Positions 1-11,749 of a DNA stretch of 52,691 nucleotides are shown here, piece after piece. The notes under the pieces were generated by a model. That model made no database searches and was not told the DNA's origin. It worked only from the letters and a program-made list of their open reading frames with translations. Made by a program: the position numbers and the translations under genes. The number at the start of each line of letters is the position of its first letter. Positions within the stretch are counted from its first letter, which is position 1. Source of the stretch: Octopus bimaculoides (Eukaryota); assembly GCF_001194135.2 (NCBI RefSeq), contig NC_068984.1, forward strand, positions 131,836,833-131,889,523. Reading direction: 5' to 3'.

Positions 1-4
1 TATA

Positions 5-53
<49 letters not shown>

Positions 54-782
54 GTGTATATATGTATAGACAGTTTAGTTAGAAATATGTATATATATAT
101 GTATGTATGTATATGCATATATATGTATGTATATATTTATGGTCACAGTAAATATATGTGTGTATATAGATATGGTTATACATGTATTTGTTTGAATCTA
201 CTGATCTCATTGGATCAGAAGTTGGAAACATGTGGCAGGGTGTGAATCGTTAAATTTAAGACACATTTATATGCATATCTATTTTTCTCTGTCTCTTTGC
301 ATGTGTTTGTATGTGTATTTATGAATATAGATAGGTTGAGATATATATATATATATAGATATATATATATATATATACACACACAGACACACACACATAT
401 ATATATGTATACATACACATATAGGCGCATGTACGTGGGTGTGCGGGCATGCATATGTACGTATGGACTTGTGCACTTATACGAATACTATGGACATTTT
501 TACTCCCTCCCCTCACTTAGCAGTTATTCTAATAGCTCTTTTGTTTTAATCACGGTCAACCACACAGTAATTTCCCTTCGTTTAACTGTCATTTTCTTTG
601 CATTTTTTTTGCTGGCCACGGATAACTGAAGAGATGGTGGCGTGGGTTTCCGCCCCGACATCCGAAACTCAGAGTTTTATCATGGCTACCGAATAATTGT
701 CACATATTTACAGATAAATTCCTCTATTTACGTAATATCGAGGTCTCTTTCTTTCTTTTGTTGTCTTAACTTATCTATCAAT

Positions 783-817
<35 letters not shown>

Positions 818-1015
818 CACACACACATATATATATATATATACACGTATATATACATATATATATACATACATATATATATATATATATACACACACAT
901 ATATACACACACGTATATATACACACATACACATATATATATACACACACATATATGGATACACACATATGTATACAAGGTTGTGAATATACATACACAG
1001 ATGGATAGTATGTAT
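1..1015. repeat. (TA)n/(CA)n/(TATG)n microsatellite blocks (about 1-190, 340-420, 781-1010) flanking the hammerhead-like island
   Basis: Directly visible; explains the YIYI/VCVC ORFs. Confidence 0.95.
613..688 (+). ncRNA. Candidate type I hammerhead ribozyme, probably from a Penelope-like element or retrozyme terminal repeat
   Basis: Core CUGAAGA at 626-632 and GAAA at 664-667. Stem III ACU/AGU (667-669/673-675) is followed by the triplet GUU (674-676). Stem I GAUAA/UUAUC (621-625/677-681) extends as UGGCCA/UGGCUA (613-618/683-688). Stem II is GAUG/CAUC plus GGCG/CGCC, with one extra C before GAAA. Confidence 0.6.
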
Positions 1016-1044
1016 GTACCGTGACGTACGGTATGTATAACGTA

Positions 1045-1117
1045 CAGTAATCCCTCGACTATCGCGGGGGTTACGTTCCAAATCCCGCCGCGATAGGTAA
1101 AATCCGTGAAGTAGAAA
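1045..1117 (+). mobile_element. pogo/Tigger-like DNA transposon terminus (one end only)
   Basis: TA|CAGTAATCCCTCGACTATCGCGGGGGTTACGTTCC with an internal inverted repeat ctatcgcgg/ccgcgatag, resembling Tigger-type ends. No matching right end was found. Confidence 0.5.
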
Positions 1118-2220
1118 TTGTTCTGTATGTTTTTTTTTTTTTATTATTATAATTAGTATACATTTAGTTTATTATAAATGCGAAACAACGCCACAGCGGA
1201 ATCGACGTAAGCTTGAATAATAAACCACGATATGGTGCGAGAAATTAATGTATTTACATTCGGTTGTGGTCATGCTGGGGCATGCGTTGTATGCACACAC
1301 AAATGGACGCGCACACGTACACATAAATAAGCGCAAATGTGTGTACCCGCCCTACACTTGCGTGAACGTGTTTTGCATCCTCTGGCCTGTGGAAGCCAGT
1401 ACACTGCAGATAAACATATATATATATACACTATACACAAAAGATAATTTCTAGTAGTATTTGTTAAATTGAACCAAGTTGCGGTAGAAGGGACGCGATA
1501 GATTTTTAGGCATTCTAAATATGACCTATATAAATAGTTGTGCAGAAACTATTGAAGCATGCATTGACCTGCTTCCTTGAGTCAGCAGTTGGTGCTGTAT
1601 GGCCCCCTCCTCCCATTACTCTTTGTATTACTGCCTTTACCCCTTTAATCGTTTGCCCCTTTCTTACTTTCTCCAAACCTCTCTTGTTCCACATAGGAAA
1701 CATTTTATCCTCTCTATTGTTGCTGTTGTTAAAACGCTATCCTCGTCAGAATTTCTAAAATAGCTCCAATGCTGTTATTTTGAATTTACTTGTGTGTGGT
1801 AGTGCTGCTGCTGCTGTTGTTGTTTAACCCTTGGTCAGTGCTGGTCTTTCAAGCCTATATATCTATGATCAAGCTCGCTTTACATCGTTGTTATATACCA
1901 TTTTGTTTTTGTTTCCGAAATGTAGCTAGGATAACTACTATCATCAAATGCACCATTCATTTGTTTGAAGACGTTAATGATTTGTGAGTTGTGTGACTGT
2001 TGTTTCTAGCAAATTTAACGATTTACATTTAGACTCTTTATCACTAGCTCGGTGCTAAACATGTAGATTAAAGTGAAACTTATCAAATATATATAACGTC
2101 GTGTGTGTTTGTGTACACACATATACTCTGTCAGAACAAATAAAAGTGAATAATAATAACAACAATAATAATGATGATGGCTTCAAATTTTGGTGCAGCG
2201 ATAGCAATTTTGAGGGTAGT

Positions 2221-2592
2221 GGGTAAGTGGAAACAATCGATGATAGTACTTGATTGGTACTTTATATTATCGACCTCCGAAAGGATGAAAGGTAAAGTTG
2301 ACCACGATGAAACCAAATTATTATTATTATGATAATAATATCAATGGTTCTTTTTACTTTAGGCACAAGGCCTAAAAATTTAGAGGACAGGGCTAGTTGA
2401 TTACATTAACCCTTATTACTCAACTGGTACTTATTTTGTCGACCCCAAAATAACGAAAGGTAAAGTCGACTTCAGCGGGATTTGAACGCAGAATAATTCT
2501 TTCTACTATAGACAAGGCTTGGAATTTTAGCAGTAGGGGCTAGTCGATTACATCGACTGGTACTTAATTTATCAACCCCGAAAGGATGAAAA
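2221..2592 (-). mobile_element. Three head-to-tail truncated copies of SINE family B (Meta-domain-like core)
   Basis: The motif actggtactt..ttatcgacccc.gaaaggatgaaaggtaaagtcgac recurs at about 2221-2315, 2349-2492 and 2493-2592. The middle copy has a reverse B-box (gggatttgaac). Confidence 0.75.
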
Positions 2593-2848
2593 GCAGTCTA
2601 AATATAATGTCTTTTATTTGTCACAGGGGTGTAAAAGAGTGGGTACTGGTTTCTAATTTAAGCACAGGGCCGCTATTTTAGCTATTAACTATCTGAATCA
2701 CATAGAGATAGGAATAGATTTCAACAAATGCCTAAAGTTCACTGTAAACTACATCAGTTTCAGAACATGAACATCAATGACAGGTGGGGGTCAGGTCAAA
2801 GTTCAGCTGGCAGGGAAGTGTCAGTTGCAAAGCACCAAGTGGTAAATC

Positions 2849-2880
<32 letters not shown>

Positions 2881-3929
2881 GTTTGTCTTTTTAGATTTTT
2901 ATTCCTGACTTTTTACCTTTTTTTTCTTTTTTTCACAAAAAGAATCTCTTCATAGTTTTTTTTTTGTTTTTTAAATCTCCCCTAAGAATATTTTAAATTG
3001 TATTTCATTAATACTGTAGAAGCATTTCTAAAGCTATAACATCTGAAATTCCTTTTTCAACAGAGAAAGAAATAGTGGTGGTGGTAGTGGTGCTGGTGGA
3101 GGAGGGGTAGATAACTTGGGTTTGTCGTCCAGCTATTTTTTTTATACTGCTAACCGGCTCAGACGTGTTCTAGGCTAGTATCAGCATGTTTGCTCTAAGA
3201 AAATAGTTGACTGTTCACTTGGACCCTAGCAACTTGAACACTCTTCACTAAGTTTTGTTGTATGTAGTACGCGCGTGCGTGTTTTATCACTATTTGTAAC
3301 TGCACTCAGTTTTACATTAGGTGCTTGCAAAGCGGCCCCTCTTTTTTTTTCTTTTTTTTTTTTCAAAGAATAAAAAAACGTAAGAAAATTCTAATAATTA
3401 AGAAGTAAAAACAGGTTGTCTAAACTGGTGTATTCATATATATTGATGTACACAAATACACACACATGTACATATGTATGTTCACACTTATATATATGCA
3501 TGCGTGTGTGTGTATATATACACACACGCATACATAGCGAGTCAAAAGTTCCTTTCCAAGGAAAGGGAGTGGTCGGTGGAATGTTGTGATTTAGGGGAGC
3601 ATCGTTTTTAACTTGCCCTGATGTGTACTTATTTAAGTTGCTTGTTGCATTTGTTCAACATTGATTTGGTTTCAGCAGTTGAACTCTATATATTATATAC
3701 ACTCACACAGGCAGTAATTTTTTTATCCTCCTTCTAAATTCAGAAGATAACTGGGTGGTGGGAGATCTCACTGCGCCAGGATGAGGAGGACAAAATGGTA
3801 TTAGGTCAAGGATCCATCTTGTGCACTTTGTACAAAGGGCTACTGAACTGTCAGGAAAATATATCTAGGTTGGGCATGTAATACATTAATGTTCCCTCCT
3901 GCCTGCTTCTCTGGCTCTCTCTCTATCTT

Positions 3930-3976
<47 letters not shown>

Positions 3977-4357
3977 TAATGTATTCCCCACCCTTAGTTG
4001 GCTATGTCACAATGCTGGCTGCTGGTGATAGCTTTCCTAGCAGCATGCGGTTACACCAGTGTTGTTTTTAATTAAATTTATGTATATCTGTATAGATGTA
4101 TGTATGTATGGTATGTGTGTGTGTGTGGTGTTACAATCTATGCCAGTTGAAAAACTACGTTAAATGATGATGTATGTGTGTGTTAAATATGCGGGGGGGG
4201 GGAGTATGGATATGTATATTACACTTTACACTTTTTGTTGCTGCAAACTTATGATCAAAGGGTTACCAGCCGTGACCATCACGCTCTATAACTAAGCGCT
4301 ATGGAAATGTCTCATTGTGCGATGTGTCAATTTCTAAGGTAGTAAGATGTAATTCTG

Positions 4358-4409
4358 AGGAAGAACTGCTTGCTGTTTCTAGGAAGAATTGCTTGCTGTT
4401 TCTAGGAAG
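4358..4409. repeat. 23-bp tandem duplication (2.2 copies)
   Basis: aggaagaa(c/t)tgcttgctgtttct x2 followed by aggaag. Confidence 0.9.
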
Positions 4410-4635
4410 GCTTGTGCTTCCACGTACAGTTTTTCTTTTGGCTGTTTACACTTGTATTCAGTGATACCGATGTTCATAGAAGTTAATTTTAAAAGAATTA
4501 CTGCTTTTGCTATACATCTTTACATTCAACAGATTGAATGTTGTATGTACAAATACATATATACAAAAATATTGGTGCCGATAAGTTAGTCATGCCCTGG
4601 GCCAATTCTGGCTGAAACTTATTTAAGTATATATA

Positions 4636-5430
4636 CAGGGTGTGATGGGTAAATTGTCACCATTTTATATTCTTAATTTTGCACATTATTTCTTTTTGAT
4701 TTTGTCGACTACACAGTATAGTAGAGTCAGTTGGGCACTGTCTGTGAGAAAAACAGCACCATGACACTATTCACTCTGCCAGAAATTTGGTAACGACATG
4801 CTGTACTGCTTGGCATTTGCGCCAGAAGCTCCAATAAGAACGTTTCAGAGTGTATGGGTGTCGATCTGAAGACACAATAAAAATAAGAGTAATAAAGATT
4901 AAACATTGAGTCAACATCATGGTGTTTGAAGTGATCACTAGTGATGGCGACATTATGTCTCCATCTTCCCACACGACTTCGGACTCAACATGGAGGCCTG
5001 CATCAAGTACCTGGAGAAGGTAGTGCTGCCCTGGGTCAAAAGGGTGGCTGCTGGAAGACCCCATGTCTGGCAACAGGTCTCTGCACCATGCCACACAAGC
5101 AGGAGAACCCAGTCATAGTTGCCAGACAATTTCTGTGACCATGCCACCTAACTCCCCCTCGATTATTATGTGTGGGGCGCAGTTGAGCGAGAGACCAACA
5201 AAACTTGTAATACCAAAGATGAACCGAAGGCTAAGATTATGGCAGCATTCACCAACTTAAACAAGGAGACCATCCAGAAGAGTTGCAAGAGATTCCGAAG
5301 TCACTTGGAGGCCATGGTTGAAGCCAATGGCAATTTTATTGAATAAATTTACTCTTTAGTATTTTAAGATATTTTCATGTAATTTTGATAAATATATATG
5401 TTAAAATGAGATGTCAATGTTATTTTCATT
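4636..5430 (+). mobile_element. Internally deleted Tc1/mariner transposon (DD37D/maT-like), pseudogenised transposase
   Basis: Starts TA|CAGGGTGTG. Region 4918-5346 translates with frameshifts to IMVFEVITSDGDIMSP..IFPHDFGLNMEACIKYLEKVVLPWVKRVAAGRPHVWQQVSAPCHTSRRTQS*LPDNFCDH..PPNSP..LDYYVWGAVERETNK..RFRSHLEAMVEANGNFIE*. The right TIR is not visible. Confidence 0.9.
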
Positions 5431-6171
5431 TTTGTGTACTTATATATACACTATATATACACACATACATATATAATGTGCGTGCATATGAGTTCTGTAT
5501 TTTCTTCTATGAAATCAGTTCAGTCAAAGTGGACTACATCTTTATGTAGTATACAATACAAAATGCTAGTGTAGAGATTTTTTTTTTCTTTGCATTTGTA
5601 CCATGGTCATTTCAACCTTACGTTGATATCAGGTGCCTGATATCGGCCGAACAGTGAGACAATTTGTATTCAAATTTTCCCTTTAAAAAAATGTGTGTGC
5701 ATCAGTGTATTTATAAGTTCATATATATGTACATGCACATGAGTGAATGGACAAACGAAAGAACAGGGCACTCAACACAGAAGGAGTTACATGTATTATT
5801 TAAAACAGTTTGATTTGGTTTACAATTATATATATATATATTTCTATATATAAATTTGTTGGTATTGTTGAGTTTCACGCGCAATGCTAGTCATCACGCA
5901 TTTTGAATTTGAATCTATCCAACTCACTGTTACTCATGTACCAACATCAAACCATGACGCCAAATGGCAATTAAGACCAACTTCATATTAGAACAACTTT
6001 AGTGTCTGGAAATAAGAGGATTGCAGTGGACATATTTCTGCCTCTCTTGACACCATCACAATGACAATTATTCAACTATATTTCCTGCAGCCAAGGGACT
6101 TAGGCATATCATGTTGATGACACATCTTAAGGTGTAAACATGTCATGCAAATCTACACATATATCTTGTAT

Positions 6172-6561
6172 CTATCTTTTATTTGTTTCAATCAATAGAC
6201 TGTGGCCGTGCTGGGGCACCACCTTGAAGAATTTTAGTTGAATGAATCAACACCATTACTTATATATATATATATATATATATATTTTTTAAGCTTGATA
6301 CTTATTCTATTCGCCTATTTGCTGAACCACTAGGTTATGGTAATGTAAAACACATGAACAATACTTGTCAAGCAGTGATGAGTGACAGATACATAAACAC
6401 ACATGGGCTTCTTTCAGTTTTCATCTACCAAATCCTTTCACAAGGCTTTAGTTGGCCTGAGGCTGGAAAGCAGTTGTACAAGTCACAGTGAGACTGAAAC
6501 CTGAATCATGTGGGAATCAAGTGAGAAGCAAACTTCTTACCACACAGCCACTCCTACACCT
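6172..6561 (-). mobile_element. SINE family A (tRNA-derived head, internal microsatellite), near full length
   Basis: Reverse complement of the copies at 9528-9879 and 9927-10315: head ggagtggctgtgtggtaag, core gactgaaagaagccc, tail ccagca(c)ggccacagtc..tgaaacaaataaaaga. Confidence 0.85.
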
Positions 6562-6669
6562 ATATATGTATATAAAACACATATACATTTCTATGTATGT
6601 ACATATCACTATAGATATTTATCCACATATATATCTGTGCGTATTTTGTGCATGTATATACACACGTTG

Positions 6670-7760
6670 AGATCCAATGTCTGCTTTAGCTTGGTTCCTG
6701 CACCTGGACATCAATGTCCTTCCTAACACTAATCACTTAATGAATGTTCTGGCTGCTTTTTATATGACACTAACAAGGTCACCAAATAATTCACCAGAGA
6801 AAAACAAAGATCCCTCAACTGAGTGAGGCTCTACTAAAGCCTCACTCAGTTGAGGGAGATAGACGGCAGACGGACAGGTACTGGCATCTAAAGAAGTCAA
6901 AAGTGATGGTGACAAGGTGCCAATGCATATTCTCGAGGTGCAAGTTGAGTGTAAGAAAGAACAGGAACAGAATGCTTGGGAAGAGTGGGTGACGAAGTTC
7001 ATAGGAATGTGAGAGGAGTCTGATAGATGTAGGTGGAGGCGAAGGTAGTGAATGAGGAACAAGAGTGGAGGTGTTATTTAGTAATAAATATCAGTATGGG
7101 GTGTGGAAAGGTGAAAGAAATAGGAGTGGCTCAAACAGGAGGAAGTGATAAGTGACTGTACAAGGAGGGTGGAGTTTAATAGTTTTACTAACTTGTAGAT
7201 AGACCTGAAAATCGGAAGATGATGAATTTGATGGGAGTCTAGGAAAAGAGAGAGAGATGTACAGTAATAGAGATAGAGGTTAGAAGTACATAGGGTTGGC
7301 TATGGTGCATGCAAGACAGGTGAGGATTGGGCATTGATGACAGATCTGAGAGTGTGTTGAAGAAAGATAGCAGATATAAGTGGGTGTTAAAGGTGAGGTG
7401 TGTCAGGTCAGAAGAGAGGGGGAGATAACCCGGAAGCAGAGAAAGGGGGGTGATCAATGGAAAAATAAAGTGGGAGGGGATGGTATTGAGAATAAGGAAT
7501 GGATTTTAAAATGAAGTGGCTACAGGAGGACAAGGAGGTACCTGGTAGAACAAAAGAGGGTGGAATATGTACGGATTCTCCTCTCTTGTAATTACAGCAG
7601 CTGAATAATGTTTGTAGTTAGAACAATGATGGAGGATTGAGTATTAAGAAGATAAGAGGTTGGAAAAGACTTGATGGAGACAGATTCGAATCAGGGGTAG
7701 GGCCCAGGTAGTGTATAGACATTAACATAATACAAATCATTGTTTTAGAACCTTACTCTT
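6670..7760 (-). mobile_element. Highly decayed retroelement relic, possibly the N-terminal region of a Penelope-like element
   Basis: Strong purine/pyrimidine strand skew like the PLE at 29110-30320, and only weak motif remnants (RYL..SH, YLRLHLHL). Confidence 0.35.
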
Positions 7761-7951
7761 GTTATGAATGGTGGGTCTTCTGAAGTGTAGCAAATCAAAT
7801 TGTGTGTGTGTGCACGAATATTTATAGGTGCACATGCTATTTGGAAATTAAGACACATCCTCTACAGGCAGGAATAATGTTAATATATTAAAAAACTCAT
7901 GTTGTATAGTATTTGATACACCTGTGTTTGTCTATGTTGCATGTCACTGGC

Positions 7952-8177
7952 CACTCTGAATATATAATGTATATATGCGTATGTATATATATATATATAT
8001 ATATAATGTATATATGCGTATGTATATATATATATATATANNNNNNNNNNCACTCTGAATATATAATGTATATATGCGTATGTATATATATATATATATA
8101 TATAATGTATATATGCGTATATATATATATATAATGTATCTATGCGTATGTATATATATATATAATGTATATATGCG

Positions 8178-8224
<47 letters not shown>

Positions 8225-9170
8225 NNNNNNNNNNNNNNNNNNNNNNNNNNNNNNNNNNNNNNNNNNNNNNNNNNNNNNNNNNNNNNNNNNNNNNNNNNNN
8301 NNNNNNNNNNNNNNNNNNNNNNNNNNNNNNNNNNNNNNNNNNNNNNNNNNNNNNNNNNNNNNNNNNNNNNNNNNNNNNNNNNNNNNNNNNNNNNNNNNNN
8401 NNNNNNNNNNNNNNNNNNNNNNNNNNNNNNNNNNNNNNNNNNNNNNNNNNNNNNNNNNNNNNNNNNNNNNNNNNNNNNNNNNNNNNNNNNNNNNNNNNNN
8501 NNNNNNNNNNNNNNNNNNNNNNNNNNNNNNNNNNNNNNNNNNNNNNNNNNNNNNNNNNNNNNNNNNNNNNNNNNNNNNNNNNNNNNNNNNNNNNNNNNNN
8601 NNNNNNNNNNNNNNNNNNNNNNNNNNNNNNNNNNNNNNNNNNNNNNNNNNNNNNNNNNNNNNNNNNNNNNNNNNNNNNNNNNNNNNNNNNNNNNNNNNNN
8701 NNNNNNTGTATATATGTGTATATATATATATGTGTATGTATATATGTGTATATATGTGTGTGTATATATATGTATATATGTGTATATATATATATGTGTA
8801 TGTATATATGTGTATATATGTGTGTGTATATATATATGTGTATATATGTGTGTGTATATATATATGTATATACATGTGTGTGTATATATATATGTATATA
8901 CATGTGTGTGTATATATATATGTATATACGTGTGTGTATATATATATGTATATACATGTGTGTATATATATATGTATATACATGTGTGTGTATATATATA
9001 TGTATATACGTGTGTGTGTATATATATATATATATACGTGTATGAGTGTATATATGTATGTACGTGTATTTATATGTATATACATTTGTGTGTTTATATA
9101 TAGATGTGTGTATATATATATATCTATATATACGTACATGTGTATATGTACTTACGTGTGTGTGTGTATG
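7952..9170. repeat. Compound (TA)n/(TATG)n/(TG)n microsatellite array containing assembly gaps (N 8041-8050 and 8225-8706)
   Basis: Directly visible. Confidence 0.95.
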
Positions 9171-9172
9171 TA

Positions 9173-9363
9173 TTTCCATCTACCAAACCGATTTACAAGG
9201 CTTTGGTTGGCCTAAGGCTGTAGTAGAAGACACTTCCCCAAAGTATCACGCAGTGGGACTGAACCCGGAACCATNNNNNNNNNNAAGTATCACGCAGTGG
9301 GACTGAACCCGGAACCATGTGGTTGGTAAGCAAGCTATTTACCACACAGCCACTCCTGCACCT
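9173..9363 (-). mobile_element. SINE family A, 5' half, interrupted by a 10-N gap
   Basis: ctaccaaa..cacaaggctttggttggcc..gtagtagaagacac..gggactgaacccggaaccatgtggttggtaagcaagct..accacacagccactcctgcacc. Confidence 0.9.
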
Positions 9364-9527
9364 GTATGCGTGTGCATTAGCATCTATTTTATAACTGTAT
9401 ATATATCAAAATATAGATACATACTTATGTGTGTGTGTGTGTGTGTGTGTGTGTAGGCAAATATTCATTTGTCGATGTGTATATCGTGTATGTAATTATA
9501 TATATATAATTATATACACATATAGAT

Positions 9528-9879
9528 GTGGCAGTGTGTTAAGTTTATTTCCCAACCACATGGTTCTGGGTTCAGTTCCACTGCATGACACATTGGGCAA
9601 GTGTCTTCTGCTATAGCCTTGGGTTGACCAATGCCTTGTAGGTATATTTGGTAGATGGAAACTGAAAGAAGCCTGTTGTGTGTGCGTGTCTGTTCCTCAC
9701 TTGTTTGAGAACTGGTGCTGGTGTATTTACATTCCAGAACTTGCATTTCTGCAAAAGAGACTGATAGTAAAAGTACCAGGCTTAAAAAGAAGTAATAGGG
9801 TCAATTGATGTGGCTAGAAATTCTTCAGTGTGGTGCCCCAGCATGGACACATTCTAATGAATGAAACAAATAAAAGATA
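9528..9879 (+). mobile_element. SINE family A, near full length
   Basis: ccacatggttctgggttcagttccactg head, ttgggcaagtgtcttctgctatagcc core, gccccagcatgg..tgaaacaaataaaaga tail. Confidence 0.9.
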
Positions 9880-9926
9880 CACACACAAACGTGTGTGTGT
9901 GTGTGTGTAAACACACACATATATGA

Positions 9927-10064
9927 AGGCACAGAAGTGACTGTACAGTTAATAAGTTTGCTTTACAACCACATGGTTTCGGGTTCATTCCCACTGTGTG
10001 GCACCTTGGACAAGCTGACCGAAATCTTGAAGAGGGCCTAATAGACAGAAACTGAAAGAATCCC

Positions 10065-10101
<37 letters not shown>

Positions 10102-10315
10102 TCCTTGTGTCTGTTCCCCACCACTGTTTGACTATTGTTGATGTGTTTACCTTTTCTTTTCTATAACTTAGCGGTTTGGCAAAAGAGCCTGATAGAATAA
10201 GTACCACGCTTTAAAAAATATGTACTGGGATCTATTCATCTGACAAATTGTTTTTCATGATGTTGCCCCAGCATGGCCGCAGTCTAATGATTGAAACAAG
10301 CAAAAAATAAAAGAT
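9927..10315 (+). mobile_element. SINE family A, near full length with internal (TA)n
   Basis: Same head, core and tail as the preceding copy. Confidence 0.9.
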
Positions 10316-10354
10316 ATATTCACACACATATCTGTATGCATGTGTTTCTCGTGA

Positions 10355-10525
10355 TATCATGTGATAGTAGTAAGTGTTACTTTCATTCATGGAAAGATAT
10401 CTAGCTATGGGGAAATACTACCTTACTTGGAAAAGAGATGAGGGTTGGTGAAAGCAATGGCATGAAAGCAGTAGAAAATCTGCCTTAACGAATTCTGTTT
10501 GACCGATGCAAACACGGGGAAACTA
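10355..10525 (+). mobile_element. RTE-tailed SINE fragment (family C)
   Basis: ggggaaatactaccttacttggaaa..gagggttggtg..gtagaaaatctgcc..tctgtttgaccgatgcaa; reverse-matches 36485-36612. Confidence 0.7.
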
Positions 10526-11749
10526 AAACTTATACACACACCCCTATGCGTACATGTTTTGCTGTGTATATAATATATATATAGTGGTGTGTATATATAT
10601 TCGTATGTATATAAACTTATGTATGCAGATAAGGTTGTGTATATATGTACACACACCGTATATGTGTGTATATGTATGTATATATATATATGTACGTGTG
10701 TGCATATTTATATATATATCATACGTGTATATACTTTGTGTATATCTGTGTATATACTTGTGTATGCATATGTATCTAATATATGTGTACATATAATTGA
10801 ACTTTTTTTTATATACACATGTATTTGTGTGTGTGTGTATGTGTGTGTGTGTGTGTGTATATTTATATATAATGTAGTTTTGCATCTTTCTTTTTTTTTT
10901 ACACTCACGCAGGATATATATTGTAATGCAAGAGTTGTAAGGTACATTAAATATATTTTACGAAGCGTAAACATTATCCCATGTAGAACTCAACACGTTG
11001 AGTTGAGTGGATAGAAATATTTGTATCAAAATTTAATAAGTGTGATGCGAGTTTCGGCCGAGGCTGCTTTGTTCGTTCACAACAGTTGCTAAGAGCTTGG
11101 TTTGAAACCCTGAGTAGACTTATATACTTCAAGTTTTGCTATAAAGACACTCATGTTATTTATATATATACGTGGATACATCTGTAGATACAAACGTATG
11201 CGCGTACATTAGTATATATTACAGATAAGGTATATATTCATATTGTACACATACATACATACACAATTGTATGTATATGCGCTCGCGAATACGTATTAGT
11301 GTGTGTGTGTTGAGAATTTCAGTCTCATGAAACTTCTGACTTAGTGGCCTGAAACCGGCTTACCTACATACATATAATGAAATAATGTATGCGATTTATC
11401 GCTAGTAATTCTTAATTTCTGATTATTTATTATTGCCTTTATTATTATTATTATGAATAGTTTTGCACCATAGGAGATTTTGTAAATAAAATTATTCTTC
11501 TACATTGTTGTAGCTGTTGCTGTTTTTTGCATGTAACCTGATGGGGGCAAAAGTTTCCAAATATTTGCATTATCACACGGTGAGGGATTAGAGAGAGAGA
11601 GGGTAAAGAAAGGAGTCCGTGGATGTGTGTGTGTGTAATGAAATAAGTATAAGGTTTGTAAAGAAATATAATAGGGTATGTATTGAATGCGAAATAATGC
11701 TTGTAAGCATACACACAGATTGTGTAGCAATTTGCAAGTTGACAGCTCG

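Noticed and set aside
5625-5644. Short palindromes (gatatcagg-tg-cctgatatc here; ggtactct-tc-agagtacc at 26046-26063)
   Set aside because: Arms of 8-9 bp are expected occasionally in 52 kb, and there is no supporting context.
9241-9318. Exact 34-bp direct repeat either side of 10 Ns (similarly 7952 versus 8051)
   Set aside because: Typical unmerged contig-overlap artefact, not a biological duplication.
6-11014. Many 60-420 aa ORFs rich in YI/VC/HT dipeptides
   Set aside because: They are translations of (TA)n/(TG)n/(CA)n microsatellites, some running through N gaps; not genes.
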